Assembly (NCBI RefSeq): GCF_000143415.4
Contig: NW_003314357.1
Location: forward strand, 526,644-590,643
DNA length: 64,000 bases
From: Selaginella moellendorffii
Lineage: Eukaryota > Plantae > Lycopodiophyta
Reading direction: 5' to 3'
Program-made: the position numbers and the translations under genes
The notes under the pieces: generated by a model
Told to the model about the DNA's origin: nothing
The model's input: only the letters and a program-made list of their open reading frames with translations
The model's database searches: none
Shown: positions 22,441 to 35,229 of the stretch, one piece after another
How positions within the stretch are numbered: position 1 is the stretch's first letter
Layout: each line of letters starts with the position of its first letter

Positions 22441-25400
22441 ATGGAGGTGACTCCGCACGCCGATTTGCTGCTGCTGCAATCGCGAATGAAGGAGGATCCC
22501 GGTGGGTATGAGGCAGAGCTCGATTTGCAGCTGCGGCATTTCAAGGCGTGCTTGGGTGTTCTTGAGCTGGAGGCGCCGGATACTGGGAATGGGAGCGTTT
22601 CGTTTGCCGCTCTGGCGCCCGATCACGCGGCCGCCAAGGAGCTGGGCGATATGGCGATGTTTCTAGCTCATGTTACGCCGTCGTATCCCAAGGAGCTGGC
22701 TGGATTTCCGCATCAGCTACTCAATTTACTCGAGAATGCTAGCAATCGTCTTCCATCGTCTTTGCGTTGTCACCTTGCGCAAGCTCTCATTCTTCTTCGC
22801 AATCGAGAGGTAAGGAAGTGAAAAAAATTTATACAAGGTCTTTAACCTTTCGTTTTTCTGCTAGAAAATTTCCCTCGTGGAAGTCTTGCCAGTGATGATA
22901 AAGCTTCAATCCTCAGGAGACAAAAATCTCAAAAAGTTTGTCTCCTCCCACCTTTTGCAAAACATCTCTCGCATGAATCGCAAGCACAGGAACGAAGCCA
23001 AGAACAGGTCCTTGCAGAACATCATCTTTCCAGTAATCCAGGTATGCACTTTTCTACTTTCTTATTGCTTCGAGCGCTCACCGACATTAAAACGTTTAGG
23101 AAGACGATGAAGCTCGTGCAAAGCATGCTTTCGTCTTGACTTGCGAGCTCTACAGGCGAAAGGTGTGGATTGATCCGCAAACTGCGAATGCAATCTGCAA
23201 CGCTTGTTTCCACAAGTCTCCGAGGTGAGTTTAGCTCAAGTTTTCTTTAAGTTTAAGCTGCCATTTTGACACTGTTTTCGTAGAATTATGATAGCTACCT
23301 TGAAATTTCTGCATGGCTACGAAAATAAATACGATGAAGACAGCGACGAGTCCGATCAAGAAGATGACACACCCTCAGGAGCTGTTGGTGTGAGCAAGGA
23401 AGCCATATACAAGGTAAGGTTTGGCTGATTTATCACGCACTATTGAAATGTTCGATTTCGGTGAACTCTAGTCACAACACAAAGGCACGGTGTCGAGCAA
23501 GAAGAAGAAGCAAGCTAAGATAGAGAGGGCCATCCGTAGCTTGAAAAAACAGCAGCGGATAAAAGCGCAGGAGGAGAAAAAAGGAAGCTTTGCACCTCTC
23601 GAGCATCTGCGAGATCCACAGGTTAGTCCTGGTTTTTCACCTCGGTTCGGAAGTTGCTAAAATACTACGTATTGTGAAACAAGGAATTCGCGGAGAAGTT
23701 GTTTGCGCGCTTGCAAAACTGTAACGAGAAATTTCAGGTAAGAAAACCTTCTGGGATTCATAGATGGTGATATGTCTTTGTTTCTATAGGTGAAACTTAT
23801 GATGATTATGGTTATTTCGCGATGCGTGGGGATGCATCAGCTTTTACTACTCAGTTTCTATCCTCATTTACAGCGCTATGTGTCGGTAAGTCTGCGGACT
23901 AGTTCCCTATTCCGATTTAATATTATAACTTGCCTGCAGCCTCACCAACAAGATGAAACTCAGCTGCTTGCGGCCGCAGTTCAGGCATGCCACGATAAGG
24001 TGAGCCGATACTCAAGCTTAGTTCCTTTCTGACACTTCGTTTTAGGTTCCAGTTGATGCAGTAGAACCATTGCTGAAGCAACTGGTGAACTCGTTTGTGC
24101 ATGATCGCTCGCGGCCTGAGGTAAATTATCTTTCATGGTTTTTATGTTGCTGATGGACTAGCGCAGGTTATTGCCGTCGGTCTAAACACCGTTCGTGAGA
24201 TTTGTGCTCGGATGCCACTGGTGAGATCATAAGTCTCATTCCTTTTCTCACCGTTTTTTCTTTCGTGCAGATCATGACAAGAGACCTTCTTGAAGATCTT
24301 TCAATGTACAAAAAATCCCGAGAAAAAGCAGTATCTGCTGCTGCGAACTCCATCATTGGACTCTATCGCCAGGTTAGTTAAGTGCCTGGGAGTCTTTACT
24401 AAAGACACAAATTTTTATTTGACAGGTTAATCCATCACTTTTAATGAAGAAGCACCGTGGTCGCGGCACTGATTTATCCGTGGAACCAAAGGCTTTTGGT
24501 AAAGTCGTTGTCCACACCGACGTACCGGGCGTAGAGCTTTTGGCGGAGCAAGAGGAGGACGAAAACAATAGTGGAGAGTGTGGAGACGAAGATGACGAAA
24601 GTGGAAGAGAAGAGGAAGAAGAAAGTAGCGAGGATGAGGGTGAAGGCAGTGGAGAAGAGCTAGAAGATGACAACGAAGAAAAAGACGAAGAAGATGACGA
24701 AGGCGAAGATGATGAAGACAGTGGAGATGACAACGAAGGGTCAGATGAAGATGTGCTCGAGACTTTGGAAAAGGAACTGAAGAATGGCGAAACGAAACAG
24801 GTCGCAACGCTTAAGCGAAAGAAAATGGACGGCGAGGAATCAAACCTTGACGACATGAGCTTGAGCCAACTTAAAAAGTTTGCGGGTAGCAAACTGGAGG
24901 ATGACGAGGTCTCTGGCGATGGCATTTTATCAAACGAAGACTTCCGACGAATTCGAGAGATTCAGGTACTTATCACCACTCGGTACCACTTTGACTTCAC
25001 TTTTTCCTTTTTCCTTTCCTTTTTAGGCCAAGCGAGAAGCTGAAAATGCTCTCTCCAATCACGGGCTTAGGAAATCGCTTCGGAGTCACAAAACCAACGT
25101 CCGCTTGATCCTTCAAAACTAGAGGTAAGCTCTTCATTTCTTTCTTTCAGCACGAAGCGCTCACTCTGTATTGCTTTACTTACAGGCAAACATACGGAGA
25201 AAGCAAAGCAAAGAAGAGAGAATTGCTTCGTCCAAGGCCGGAAGGGACGACAGAGGCACCTATACTTCACGAGCAGCAGTAAAGAAACGAAAGGTATGTT
25301 TTTCTTTCGCTAGATCACTCGTTAGATTTTGTTTGTTTGGATTTAGACTGGAGGCTTGAGTAATCGCCAAAAGGAGAAGAAAAAGAACCTCCCAGTGGCT

Positions 25401-25493
25401 GCTCGGCGCATGAAATCCGCTCGAACTCGCGAGCATCGAAAATCCAAGGCTAGATTGACGAAGAACTTCCGTGGAAAGAAAGCATGGAAATAA
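22441..25493 (+). CDS. SDA1: SDA1 pre-60S ribosome biogenesis protein, multi-exon
   Basis: LQSRMKEDPGGYEAEL, FLAHVTPSYP, LAQALILLRN, HQLLLLSFYP, FVHDRSRPE, acidic tract, ILSNEDF, GGLSNRQK, NFRGKKAWK-stop. Confidence 0.92.
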
Positions 25494-25916
25494 AGTATTC
25501 TTTGTTTATGTTAAAAGCACGCTACCAGATTAATTAAGCTGGTGCCAGTGGTTTCGGTTTCGATTCTGGCCAAAAATAAAGTCTTGGGTCCCACAACAAT
25601 CGACCGTTGCCGCCCGTGCACGACAGCCGTTCGATTGCGAGCTTTTAAATCCAGCCGCGCGATCTGCGTTCGTGCAAAGGAACTAAAGCCCTAAACCTGC
25701 CCCATCCATGGAAATCTAGGCCCAGACGAAAAATGCCCGGACTCAGTCACTGGGGCATTTGTTGCAGCGTGCCAGGCGTCCGCGCTGCCGATTTAGGGTT
25801 CTTCGTGGCAGGCCAGGGTGCGGTCGATCGAGCGCCGGGGGTCTGTTTTGCGACAGCGGCAGCGCCTTGCGCGAGGTAGCAGTGAGTGTAGGGGTAGATT
25901 TTGCCAGGATTCAAGA

Positions 25917-28900
25917 ATGCCGAAGGTTTCTCCTCTCCGGATGCTCATAGGGAGCTCTCCCAGAGGCGGGGCCAAGCATAATCCGGGAAGCGGCCACACG
26001 GATCGCGATCATCTCCTGGAACACGAGCTCCCGTCCTCGCACCACCAAGAAACAGGCCCTAGCAGCAGCGCCACGCCCCGAGGGAAGAAGGGCAGTAGCA
26101 TGAGCTTCGCGAGCGTGTTCCCGCATTCCGAGAATGTCCCGGAGAATCTCTTGATTACTCCCGAGAAGCGGCCGAAGGGAAAGTTCTCTTGGTACCAGAG
26201 ACAAGTCAAGAATCTTGGAGCCGAGAGTGAGCCAGCGAGTCATCGCCCACAGCAGCCAGGGATACCCAAGAACCCTCATCAAAGCACGCATAAGGCAGGT
26301 ACTCCTCGTAGCTCAAAGCCCGAGAAGGACAGCCATTCTACGGCCGGAAGCAGCAATGATGCGGCCACGCCCAGGAAGATCATCTCCAAATCTCTGAAGT
26401 ATGGATCTTCCACTCCACAGAGGGCAGGACATAACAGCTCTAAAGTTTTTAATTCTGCGGCCGTCCATCCGGACTGCCAACCCGTTTTTGATCTCGAGGA
26501 AGACAGTTCGTTTTGGCTGGAGCACAGTGTCCAGGTATTACTTTATATCATTGTCACTTTCTCTTCTGGCTGAAAGTTCCATTCTTTCCTCGGTTTTGCA
26601 ACTTCCCGCGTGTTTTTCAGGTGCTTATAAGAATTCGACCACTGAGTAGCCACGAGATTGCTGCAGAAGGATATGATACATGCATCAGGCAAGATAGTGC
26701 TCATAGTTTAACCTGGCTCGGAAATCCGGACACCAGATTCACATTTGATCATGTTGCGTGCGAGGCTATCACTCAGGTAGATCAAGCTACGTTGTCTAGC
26801 TTGCTTTCTAACGTTTGACATGGCAGGATAAGCTCTTTAGAATTGCTGGAATGCCTATGGTTGAAAATTGTATGCGAGGGTACAACAGTTGTGTGTTTGC
26901 TTACGGCCAGGTCTGCTGTTTTTATTACGTTGTCTTAGTATTTAAAATTAAGATGGAAAATGCAGACTGGTAGTGGCAAGACGCATACCATGCTTGGTGA
27001 TATCACTAGCAAAGATAGTGAGAATCGTGGTCTGATTCTTCGAGCTTTTGAGCACCTATTTTCTACCATCCGAAAGGCAAGATTATCCTTCTGGGTAAGT
27101 TTTGAAGCCTCTAATGTTTTTCTTTTCAGGAAGAACAAGGTCGTAAAGATGAAAACCTTAGATATACATGTAGATGCTCGTTCCTGGAAATCTACAACGA
27201 ACAGATTACTGATCTTCTCGAACCTTCATCAACGAACTTGCAAGTGAGAGAGGATGCAAGGAAAGGTGTTTATGTCGAAAGCCTTTCAGAGTTTGAAGTC
27301 AACTGCTTGAAAGATGTCACGCAACTTCTGCTTCAGGTTTTTGTCAAGCCCCGGTTAAGACTTAAATGGCATTCATGTTTTTACTTACAGGGAGCATCTA
27401 ACCGCAAGGTTGCTGCTACGAATATGAACAGGGAGAGTAGCCGCTCGCATAGTGTTTTGACTTGCGTTATCGAAAGCACGGTATGCATTTTGTAGTACAC
27501 CAATTTTCACTAAAACGTCTTCTTCAGTGGGAACGAGAGGCAGTAATTAATCGAAGATACGGAAGGCTAAACTTGGTTGATCTAGCTGGTTCTGAGAGGT
27601 ACGTTGTTCGTGCTTTACGGGGTTGATTGAATCTCTTGCAGGCAGAAGTCTTCGGGCGCTGAAAATGATAGGTTGAAAGAGGCTGTGAATATCAACAAAT
27701 CTCTATCAACGCTTGGGTGAGCATGATTCGAAAACTCGTTCATCATCTGCTTATGTTTCTTTCTCTAGGCTCGTCATTATGGTATTAGTGGACGTTGCTA
27801 ATGGAAAGCAAAGACATGTTCCATATCGTGATTCAAAGCTTACGTATCTTCTTCAGGTTTAGTCGAGTCCATTATTTTTCTTTGATCTGTTATTGATAAT
27901 ATTGGAACAGGATTCCTTAGGAGGGAACTCTAAAACAATGATAATCAGCACCGTGAGTCCTTCGATCTGGTACGATTTACTGCTACTGTTTTCGTGTTAA
28001 GCATTTTATTGCAGCTGTTCCTTGGACACACTAAGCACGTTAAAGTTTGCACAAAGGGCGAAGTTCATCTGCAATAATGTACGTTTTATGAAAGTTTGTG
28101 CTTTACTCCATACTCGTTTGGGGCAGGCCGTGGTAAACGAAGATACATCGCGTGATGTTAATGTTCTACGACAACAAATTTACAAACTCAAAGTATGCGT
28201 GTTCGGTTTTTATCCTTCATCTGTATGTGATGATTCATTCAGGAAGAGGTGAACCGCTTACGCTCTCAGTCTAGTGGGACATGTACATCTCCATCCTCCG
28301 AGGATTGTGACGCTGACAATGTGCTCTCTAGTGAGCATCGAAAGGTAGTAAAATTCATTTGTTATAGGAAGGGCTGCGATTCATTGATGACTACAGAGAT
28401 GCACTCCCAAGAGAAGAAGAGACATCAACACTCTTTTATCGGCTGAGTTTTTGAAGCTTAACCAGCTGGTAATCTATTTTTCACGTTTCACTTACGAATT
28501 TAAAAATTAAAAACTTATTCCATTCAGAGGGAGTCTCTTGAAGCCGAGCTAGAGTTAAAACCATGTCAGAATGACAGTTATCAGAGGAAATTACAGGAGT
28601 ACCAGCTAGAGAACGAAAATTTGAGGAGGTATTTTCGTTCACTTTTCTCATATTAATGCGTCGTCTTCCTTTTTCTGTAGGCAAATTGCCGAGCTTGAAG
28701 CTGCATCCTGTCCCCCACAGGAAAAGAATGAAGAAAAAACGAGAGAACATCTGAAGGTATACGTTCGCATGTCCTTCTTGCACTGAATTTGAAGGTGATG
28801 TTAATGTAGGAAATTGAACTCCTGGAACTGAAACATCAGAAGAGCATGACTCATCTAGAAACCTTGTTAAAGGAGGTAACAACTTACCGGCTTCTGTTGG

Positions 28901-31900
28901 TTTAATTTGCTTCACTTGCGCTTTTCTAGAGCGAGGAAAGCAGAATAGCACAAGCCACGAGGATAAGAAATCTGGAGGACTGTTCTAAAAACTATTGCTC
29001 TGAAATAGAAGAGCTAAAGAAACAATTAAAGGTTTGCTGAGTAAGTGTTACGAATCTTCGCTTAATTCACATTTGCAGGAAGCCAGAGAGGTACAAGAGC
29101 AAATGGAGAGCCAGCAGCTTTTTCTGATTAGCGAGTTCGAAACCGTCCTGGAAGAGCACAATAAGCTATCTGAGAAACTAACGAAGTCTCAAGCCCGGGA
29201 GCAGAAAGCAAAGGACCAGCTCCGGCTAGTTAACTGGGAAGTGAAGAAAAAGAACGAGCTCCACGATTTGGAAAGAGAACTTGAGATTCGGGCTTCTGCT
29301 GAAACTCTTGTCGGCTACGTTGACGATGAAGAGAAACAGGTTCTCGAGGCGAAGCTGCAAAAGACGAGAAGAGAGCTTGAGGATGCTCGTATGCGGAATC
29401 AACTATTTCAAGGAGAAGAAGCCTTGAGGCTAGCTCATGAGAAAGAGATGGAGGATACACGATCCGAAGTAGAAGCTGAAACGGCAAATGCTATTGCAAG
29501 CATGAACCAGGAGCTTGCTAAGGCACGGGAGGAATGCAAGACTGCTAACGATCAAGTTGCGTGCTTGGTTGAGGAGCTTGAAAACTCAAAGCTCAAGTCC
29601 GACAGCCTTACAGAAGAGAACTCGAGATTGGCTAGAGCGTATGACAGTTTGCTTCAAGAAAGAGATACGGAAGTTCGGGAGATCAAGGAACAGTGCGAGG
29701 ATGCCACGTCCAAGGTGTTCGACTTTCTTGCCGAGGGGGACCAAGCACTTGTAGCTGCTGCAAAGGAAATGGAGGATATTATACGCGAGTCATTTCATGG
29801 AAAGAGCATGGAGGTTTCGAAACAGTACAGTCCACACATTGGAGCTCTCCAAGACAAACTCCATCAGGCGTTATGTGTTGCCAAAGAAGCTGAACAGAAA
29901 ATGAAATCCATAAGCGACCACCAGAAGGAACAGGTATCGGAGGCAGATCAGCTGAAGGTTCAAGTTGACGCGTACCAGCAGCAGCTGAGAGAAGCAGAGA
30001 AAAAGGCGTACGTGGCGTTCGTAGTGGTCCGCGAGCTGACACGAAACTATATCCTGGCAAGCAGAGGCAATAGCGTCGAGGTGGACAAAAGCAAGGAAAA
30101 TGACTGGAGGTTGGAGAAAGAGGAGCTTCTGGTGGAGTTGACTGAAGCGAAGCTGGAGGCTGCGGCCAAGAGTAAAGAAACGGCGACCATACTACAAAAG
30201 TTCAAGGATAGTCAGCATATGCTTCAGGAGGCCGAGCAGCTGCTCAACGCACTTGTCAAGGCCAACGAGATTGCCAAATCTGGTGCACACGGTGACGTGA
30301 GAAGATCTGTGTCGGAAGTAGCTGCCATACCAGAGAGGGCTCTCAGCTGCAAGCTTGATAAGGCGAAAAACGACTTGCAGGTTATCAAGCAGGAGATTGG
30401 AACGATTACGTGCGACACGGTCGACGCCATCACGGACGCAGAGCATGAAGTCCAGACTACAATGCAGGCTATCCAAGACAACCTGACAGATATCATGTCA
30501 ACTGTATTCAGTTTTGGTGACGATGTCAGGGGCGAGTTCGTGGAACTGAGAGACAAGATGTACGAGATGATGGACGAGACGGATTTGCTGATTGGAGAGA
30601 TCCGCAGGAAGAACGAGCTTGTCAAGGGTCTAGAGTACGATATCAGCCTACTGCAGGAGGCTTTCTCTGAAGCACACGAAAAGAAGATCGAACTCCAGGA
30701 CGAAAACAACAGGATGCAAGAAGAGCTCGACATAAAAACCAACGAGATCAATGGTGCAGAGGCTGAGCTTCTTAAGTTACTGAAAACACTCACGTCGGTT
30801 GAGAACGAGCTCCGAACTTTGAAAGAAACCACGGGCTACCTGTCGACGGAGAACAGATCACAGAAAAGGCTTATTGAAGAGTTAGAGTTGAAGAACACAA
30901 GATTGGAGGAGGACCTTGAAGATAAGCGACATCTGATTCAGAGCTTGGATTCGGAACTGCTTGATATGAGCTCCCTGGTGGAAAGAAAAGTTTTGCAGTC
31001 ACAGGGGGATTTTGATTCGGGCGTCCTTTTGTTGGAAAGGGATGAACTTCACGCCGAGCTATGCAAGGTCAAGGAGCAGCTTGAAAAAGCGCGGTTCGCT
31101 ATGGATGAACTAGAAATGGTGGCAGAGAAGTCTCGCAAGGTACTTGAGCTTGAGGAAAATGTGGTTCATACTTAATCTGCGTGCCTTTTGCAGGTAGCGG
31201 AGGAATGCCAAGTTCTTTCCACTGATAAAGAAGAGGAGGTCAAGGTTCTTGAGCGGTCTGTGCAGGAGCTAGAAAGTACTATCGCTACTATGGAAAATCA
31301 GGTAAAATGGGGATTATTGTCTGCAAGTTTTTAACCCGTCTTCTTTCAGATCGGTCTTATTAAACGGGATGGAGAGATGCAGAAGATAATGAAGGAAGAC
31401 ATGGAAATGGAAGTGCAGAGACTAAGGGCAGAGCTATCCAGAACCAAGATGCTAGTTCAAGCGACAGACTACTCTGAGTACGTTGTATTCATTTTACGTG
31501 CTGAGTGTGTGTGATCACTTACTCTTTACCAGTATTTCGGCTGACAAGATTAAGCTGTTACGCCTGGACGAAGAACTAGAAAATTTTCGGCAGGAGGGCC
31601 TTCTAAAAGACGTCCAGGTATGTGTTCATTCTTTCCATTGCTGTTCTGATGTTTTCCTTGCAGATAAATTCCTTGCGCAAGCATGTGTCGGAACTTATGG
31701 ACACAGCTACTAAAGAAGCTAGCGCGTACCGGAGAAAGGTGAAAAGAATTCGTTTGAACAACTAGCTTAAACTTGTGCTGTATTCACAGATTAAGCGACT
31801 AGAAGCGTCACTGGAGACGAGATGTATGCCAAAACCGTGCCAGCGTGCACCAGAAAAGGCCTGTGTCAAAGCAAAAGGCTCGGGCTCCCCGTTCAAGTGT

Positions 31901-32356
31901 ATTGGACTAGGGGTAAGTAATGAAGAGCACTCCACAAACAAGAGACGGATCGAGGAGTTGGAGGCCGCGGCCACAGTTCGTGAGAAAGAGGTAGAAACGT
32001 GAAGAGCTCATTCACTCACTTTCGTGACTCGGGAAAATCTTGCAGGTATTTATGCTGAACACGAAGCTAGCTCAGGCCGAGAGTATGACTTACGACGTTG
32101 TGAGGGATTTACTAGAAGTCAAGCACGACATTGCGAGCTTCGCGGTAAGGATTTTTACTTGGCTCTATCAAGTGTAATTGATTGTTTGTTTTGCTCAGCA
32201 TGTACACCCAGATGAAGTATAGCGATCTATAGAGATTTATTTGTACAGATTTTTTAGCGTAAAGATTCGAGAAGAATGGCGTTCCAAAGAGTGAACAGAG
32301 GTAAGATTTTTGCTCCTGGTTTACGATTCATAATTGTCGTGTTTGCAGAGAAATAA
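25917..32356 (+). CDS. Kinesin-12 (POK1/POK2-like) with N-terminal motor domain and long coiled coil; 3' end approximate
   Basis: [20 protein letters not shown]|TGSGKTHTM (P-loop), [36 protein letters not shown]-terminal [12 protein letters not shown] and [16 protein letters not shown]. Confidence 0.92.
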
Positions 32357-32409
32357 AGCGATTTAAAATATGCTAAGAATATGCGCTCCAAGATGTGTAG
32401 GGTTTAGCA

Positions 32410-33169
32410 ATGGAGAGTGGTGAAGAGGTCGATGGAGGGCGGCAGAGATTTTTGTTGGAGCTGGAGTTCGTCCAGTGCCTTGCAAATCCGACCTACATTC
32501 ACTGTACGTATTGTTTCCCTGCTTTGGCTTTGTGATCGCTGATGGGTGATTGTTGCCTTTTGCAGACCTCGCCCAGAATCGTTACTTTGACGATGAAGCG
32601 TTTGTAAATTATCTCAAGTACTTGCAGTATTGGCGTCGCCCAGAGTACGCGAAATTCATAATGTAAGCTTGTTTTGGAGAAAACTCTGACAACACTTCGC
32701 TAGCTCCTTGAGTTTGTTTTAGCTCACGGACTCCTTGCTCAGGTACCCTCATTGCTTGTTCTTTCTCGAGCTTCTCCAAAGCTCTCACTTCAGAGCTGCA
32801 ATGGTACACCCAGCCAACAAGGTAACACAGAACTGTCTTTTCATCTCTAATCCATCTGGCTGTGCGCAGGAGCTAGCACACAGACAACAATTCTACTTTT
32901 GGAAGCACTACCGCAGCAATCGTCTCAAGCACGTCCTTCCGCGTCCAATGCCAGAAGCAGCAACAGCGCCAGCATCAACAGCAGCAGTAGCGGCGCCACC
33001 ATCGGCTCCTCCAGCTCCTCCGGCTCCCCAGCACATTGGTCACGCCGCTCCATCTCCAGCTCCAGCGCCACCATCACTGCTCGTCCTCCCGCATCAACCC
33101 TCTTCCTCCTCCATCAAGACGAGTGGAAGCAGCGGTGGAGAGAGGCGAAAGAGAAAATACTCCAACTAG
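32410..33169 (+). CDS. MED31: Mediator subunit 31 (SOH1)
   Basis: RFLLELEFVQCLANPTYIHYLAQ, FVNYLKYLQYWRRPEYAKFI, YPHCLFFLELLQ, AHRQQFYFWK; Pro/Ala-rich tail. Confidence 0.96.
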
Positions 33170-33214
33170 CGAGCTAAGTAAGCTCTGTAGAGAGTTTGTG
33201 AATTGTATGATTTT

Positions 33215-34210
33215 CTATTCCAGAGCCTTCCAGAGGGCTTGATTTTCCCCATCAAAGACTACAACATTTCCAGCATTGGTAACAACTAAAGTTGTTGTGA
33301 CCTTGCAAAAGGGCTGTGGGTTGCAATATCTATCAATTGCCCAGTAAATAGAATCCTTGTCATCTTTGATAAGAAAGTTACCATCTTCTTGCAAATGCGC
33401 GTAGCAACCTTGCCCAGGTTTATACTTATGTTGGCTAATCCAAAGTATGGGACTCTCGCCAATCCTACGCAACACTAGCTTGCAATCTATCTGCATGGTT
33501 AGTCTAAACTTTCGATTTGGCGACACTAAACTGTTCCCAGATTTTATATGAGAACCAACTCTATCCGCCTTATGGCCAAAGAGCGATGATGAGAATGGCC
33601 AACAGTTCTGATCATCCTGATCATCACTCCTCCCTAAACGGATTACTTGCAAAGGATGGTTGTGACTGTAATTTGATGTTAATGTGGACATAAAACTCGC
33701 ATGTAGCACTCCCTCATTAGGAAGGATGGCTGAGAAGGCATATTCAATGATAAGATTTAAAAAAACAACTCTGATTTCTCCACAAAATGTTCTCCCGTCT
33801 GGATCTGATCTAGCATTTTGTTGTATGGATCCTACAATTATTTGAAATATATTTCTTAAATCTTGGCCTCGAAAGCCAAAGGGACTGGTCGGGTCAGTGG
33901 TGCAAGTAAAAGGTAAAAGGGTGTCTGGGCCATTAGCTCCTGGAGCTAAAATATGTAGATTAACTATGATCCTAAACCTGGATCGCCTGAAATTGACAAC
34001 TAAAATTCTCACCCCAACTGGATAAGTTTCGCCATCTTGGAACCACACAATGGCATACCTTAGAATATTTCTTAGAATGCGGGAAAATTGATTTGCATTG
34101 AGAACATAGGGGTTTGCAGTGTAGATCACACTAGCTCGAAGTGCTGGTGCTGGTGGCTGAGAAAATGCAAATACTGCAAGAAAGAGGAGGCAAAGCAGTA
34201 ACTTTCCCAT
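33215..34210 (-). CDS. Secreted protein: signal peptide + unknown ~140-aa domain + C-terminal bulb-type (GNA-like) lectin domain, paralog A
   Basis: Intronless 331-aa ORF; lectin signatures SLVSPNRKFRLTMQIDCKLVL, ILWIS, CYAHLQEDGNF, LVVTNAGNVVVFD, ALW. TATAAATA about 40 nt upstream on the minus strand. Confidence 0.85.
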   Translation of the reverse strand: MGKLLLCLLFLAVFAFSQPPAPALRASVIYTANPYVLNANQFSRILRNILRYAIVWFQDGETYPVGVRILVVNFRRSRFRIIVNLHILAPGANGPDTLLPFTCTTDPTSPFGFRGQDLRNIFQIIVGSIQQNARSDPDGRTFCGEIRVVFLNLIIEYAFSAILPNEGVLHASFMSTLTSNYSHNHPLQVIRLGRSDDQDDQNCWPFSSSLFGHKADRVGSHIKSGNSLVSPNRKFRLTMQIDCKLVLRRIGESPILWISQHKYKPGQGCYAHLQEDGNFLIKDDKDSIYWAIDRYCNPQPFCKVTTTLVVTNAGNVVVFDGENQALWKALE

Positions 34211-35229
34211 CGTTGATATAATGTTTTATATGTTTTAGCTGCCAAAGTATTTATATCTATTGGTATCTTCTTCAAGATATTCACCTTTAGCTTGACTATT
34301 CAACACTATTTTTGTTATTGTTTTGTGCGCACATAGGCACATTTGAATTTGGATTTGCCAAAGAAGACAAGACATTAGTAGCTAGATGGATATCCTACCA
34401 TATGATACCAGTAAAAGTGTCTAAATTAAGTACTTTCATGTCGTTTTTAATTAAGGTAAGTGGACATAAATGTTTGATAGTACCTTTTTAGTATTGGGCA
34501 CAATTTGCCCATCTGGGTCTAAGTGTTAATGAGGAAAGGTTTGTTATTCGAGAAAGCTGAAATGTCAAATATTATATAAGATCACCTTTCATATTTGAGA
34601 CATTTGCAAATTATTATTAGCAAAGAATCATGATGACAATTAATATGGTTGACAACCCTTTTCTAGATGTCACAATAATTTTTCACAAGATGATTTATAA
34701 TGTATCATTGCCAGAGGTCCATATCATAGATTGCACCACCATTCTCAACCTTGAGGCTATCCAGCCATCTTCCTCAAACCATTTTCCATTCTCACACCAC
34801 ATTCCCATCCGGACGTTAGAGATGAGAGGCATCTTTAATTGTCCCTGAGGAGTGTTTAGATTTGGGATTTTGGTTTAGATATAATTTTTGCATCGTCTAG
34901 ATCTAGCTTTTTCCATTTTTTTTCTTTTGTTCTTTCTTTTCACTTTAGATTCAGTCACACATTCCTAATCGGAGTCACAAATTCCTTTAATAGTATGGTT
35001 GCTTGAGACTAAGGTGGTAGAGCTCAATGTCATCAATTTTTCTGACACTGACTGGACAACATAAAAAACTCTTCCCACGCCCCTGTTCTTCATAACTTGA
35101 TTGGGATCAACCAAAAATATATTACAGCAGAGATTCCCAAGATTCTATTTTATAAAATACTGTTGCAAACGGGTTAGAGATTCAGACATACTCACTTCTA
35201 CAGCAAGTAGACAGGAGCTTTATAGTAGA

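Noticed and set aside
24444-24960. Long Asp/Glu tract and Ser-rich antisense ORF
   Set aside because: Normal SDA1 acidic region and its mirror frame.
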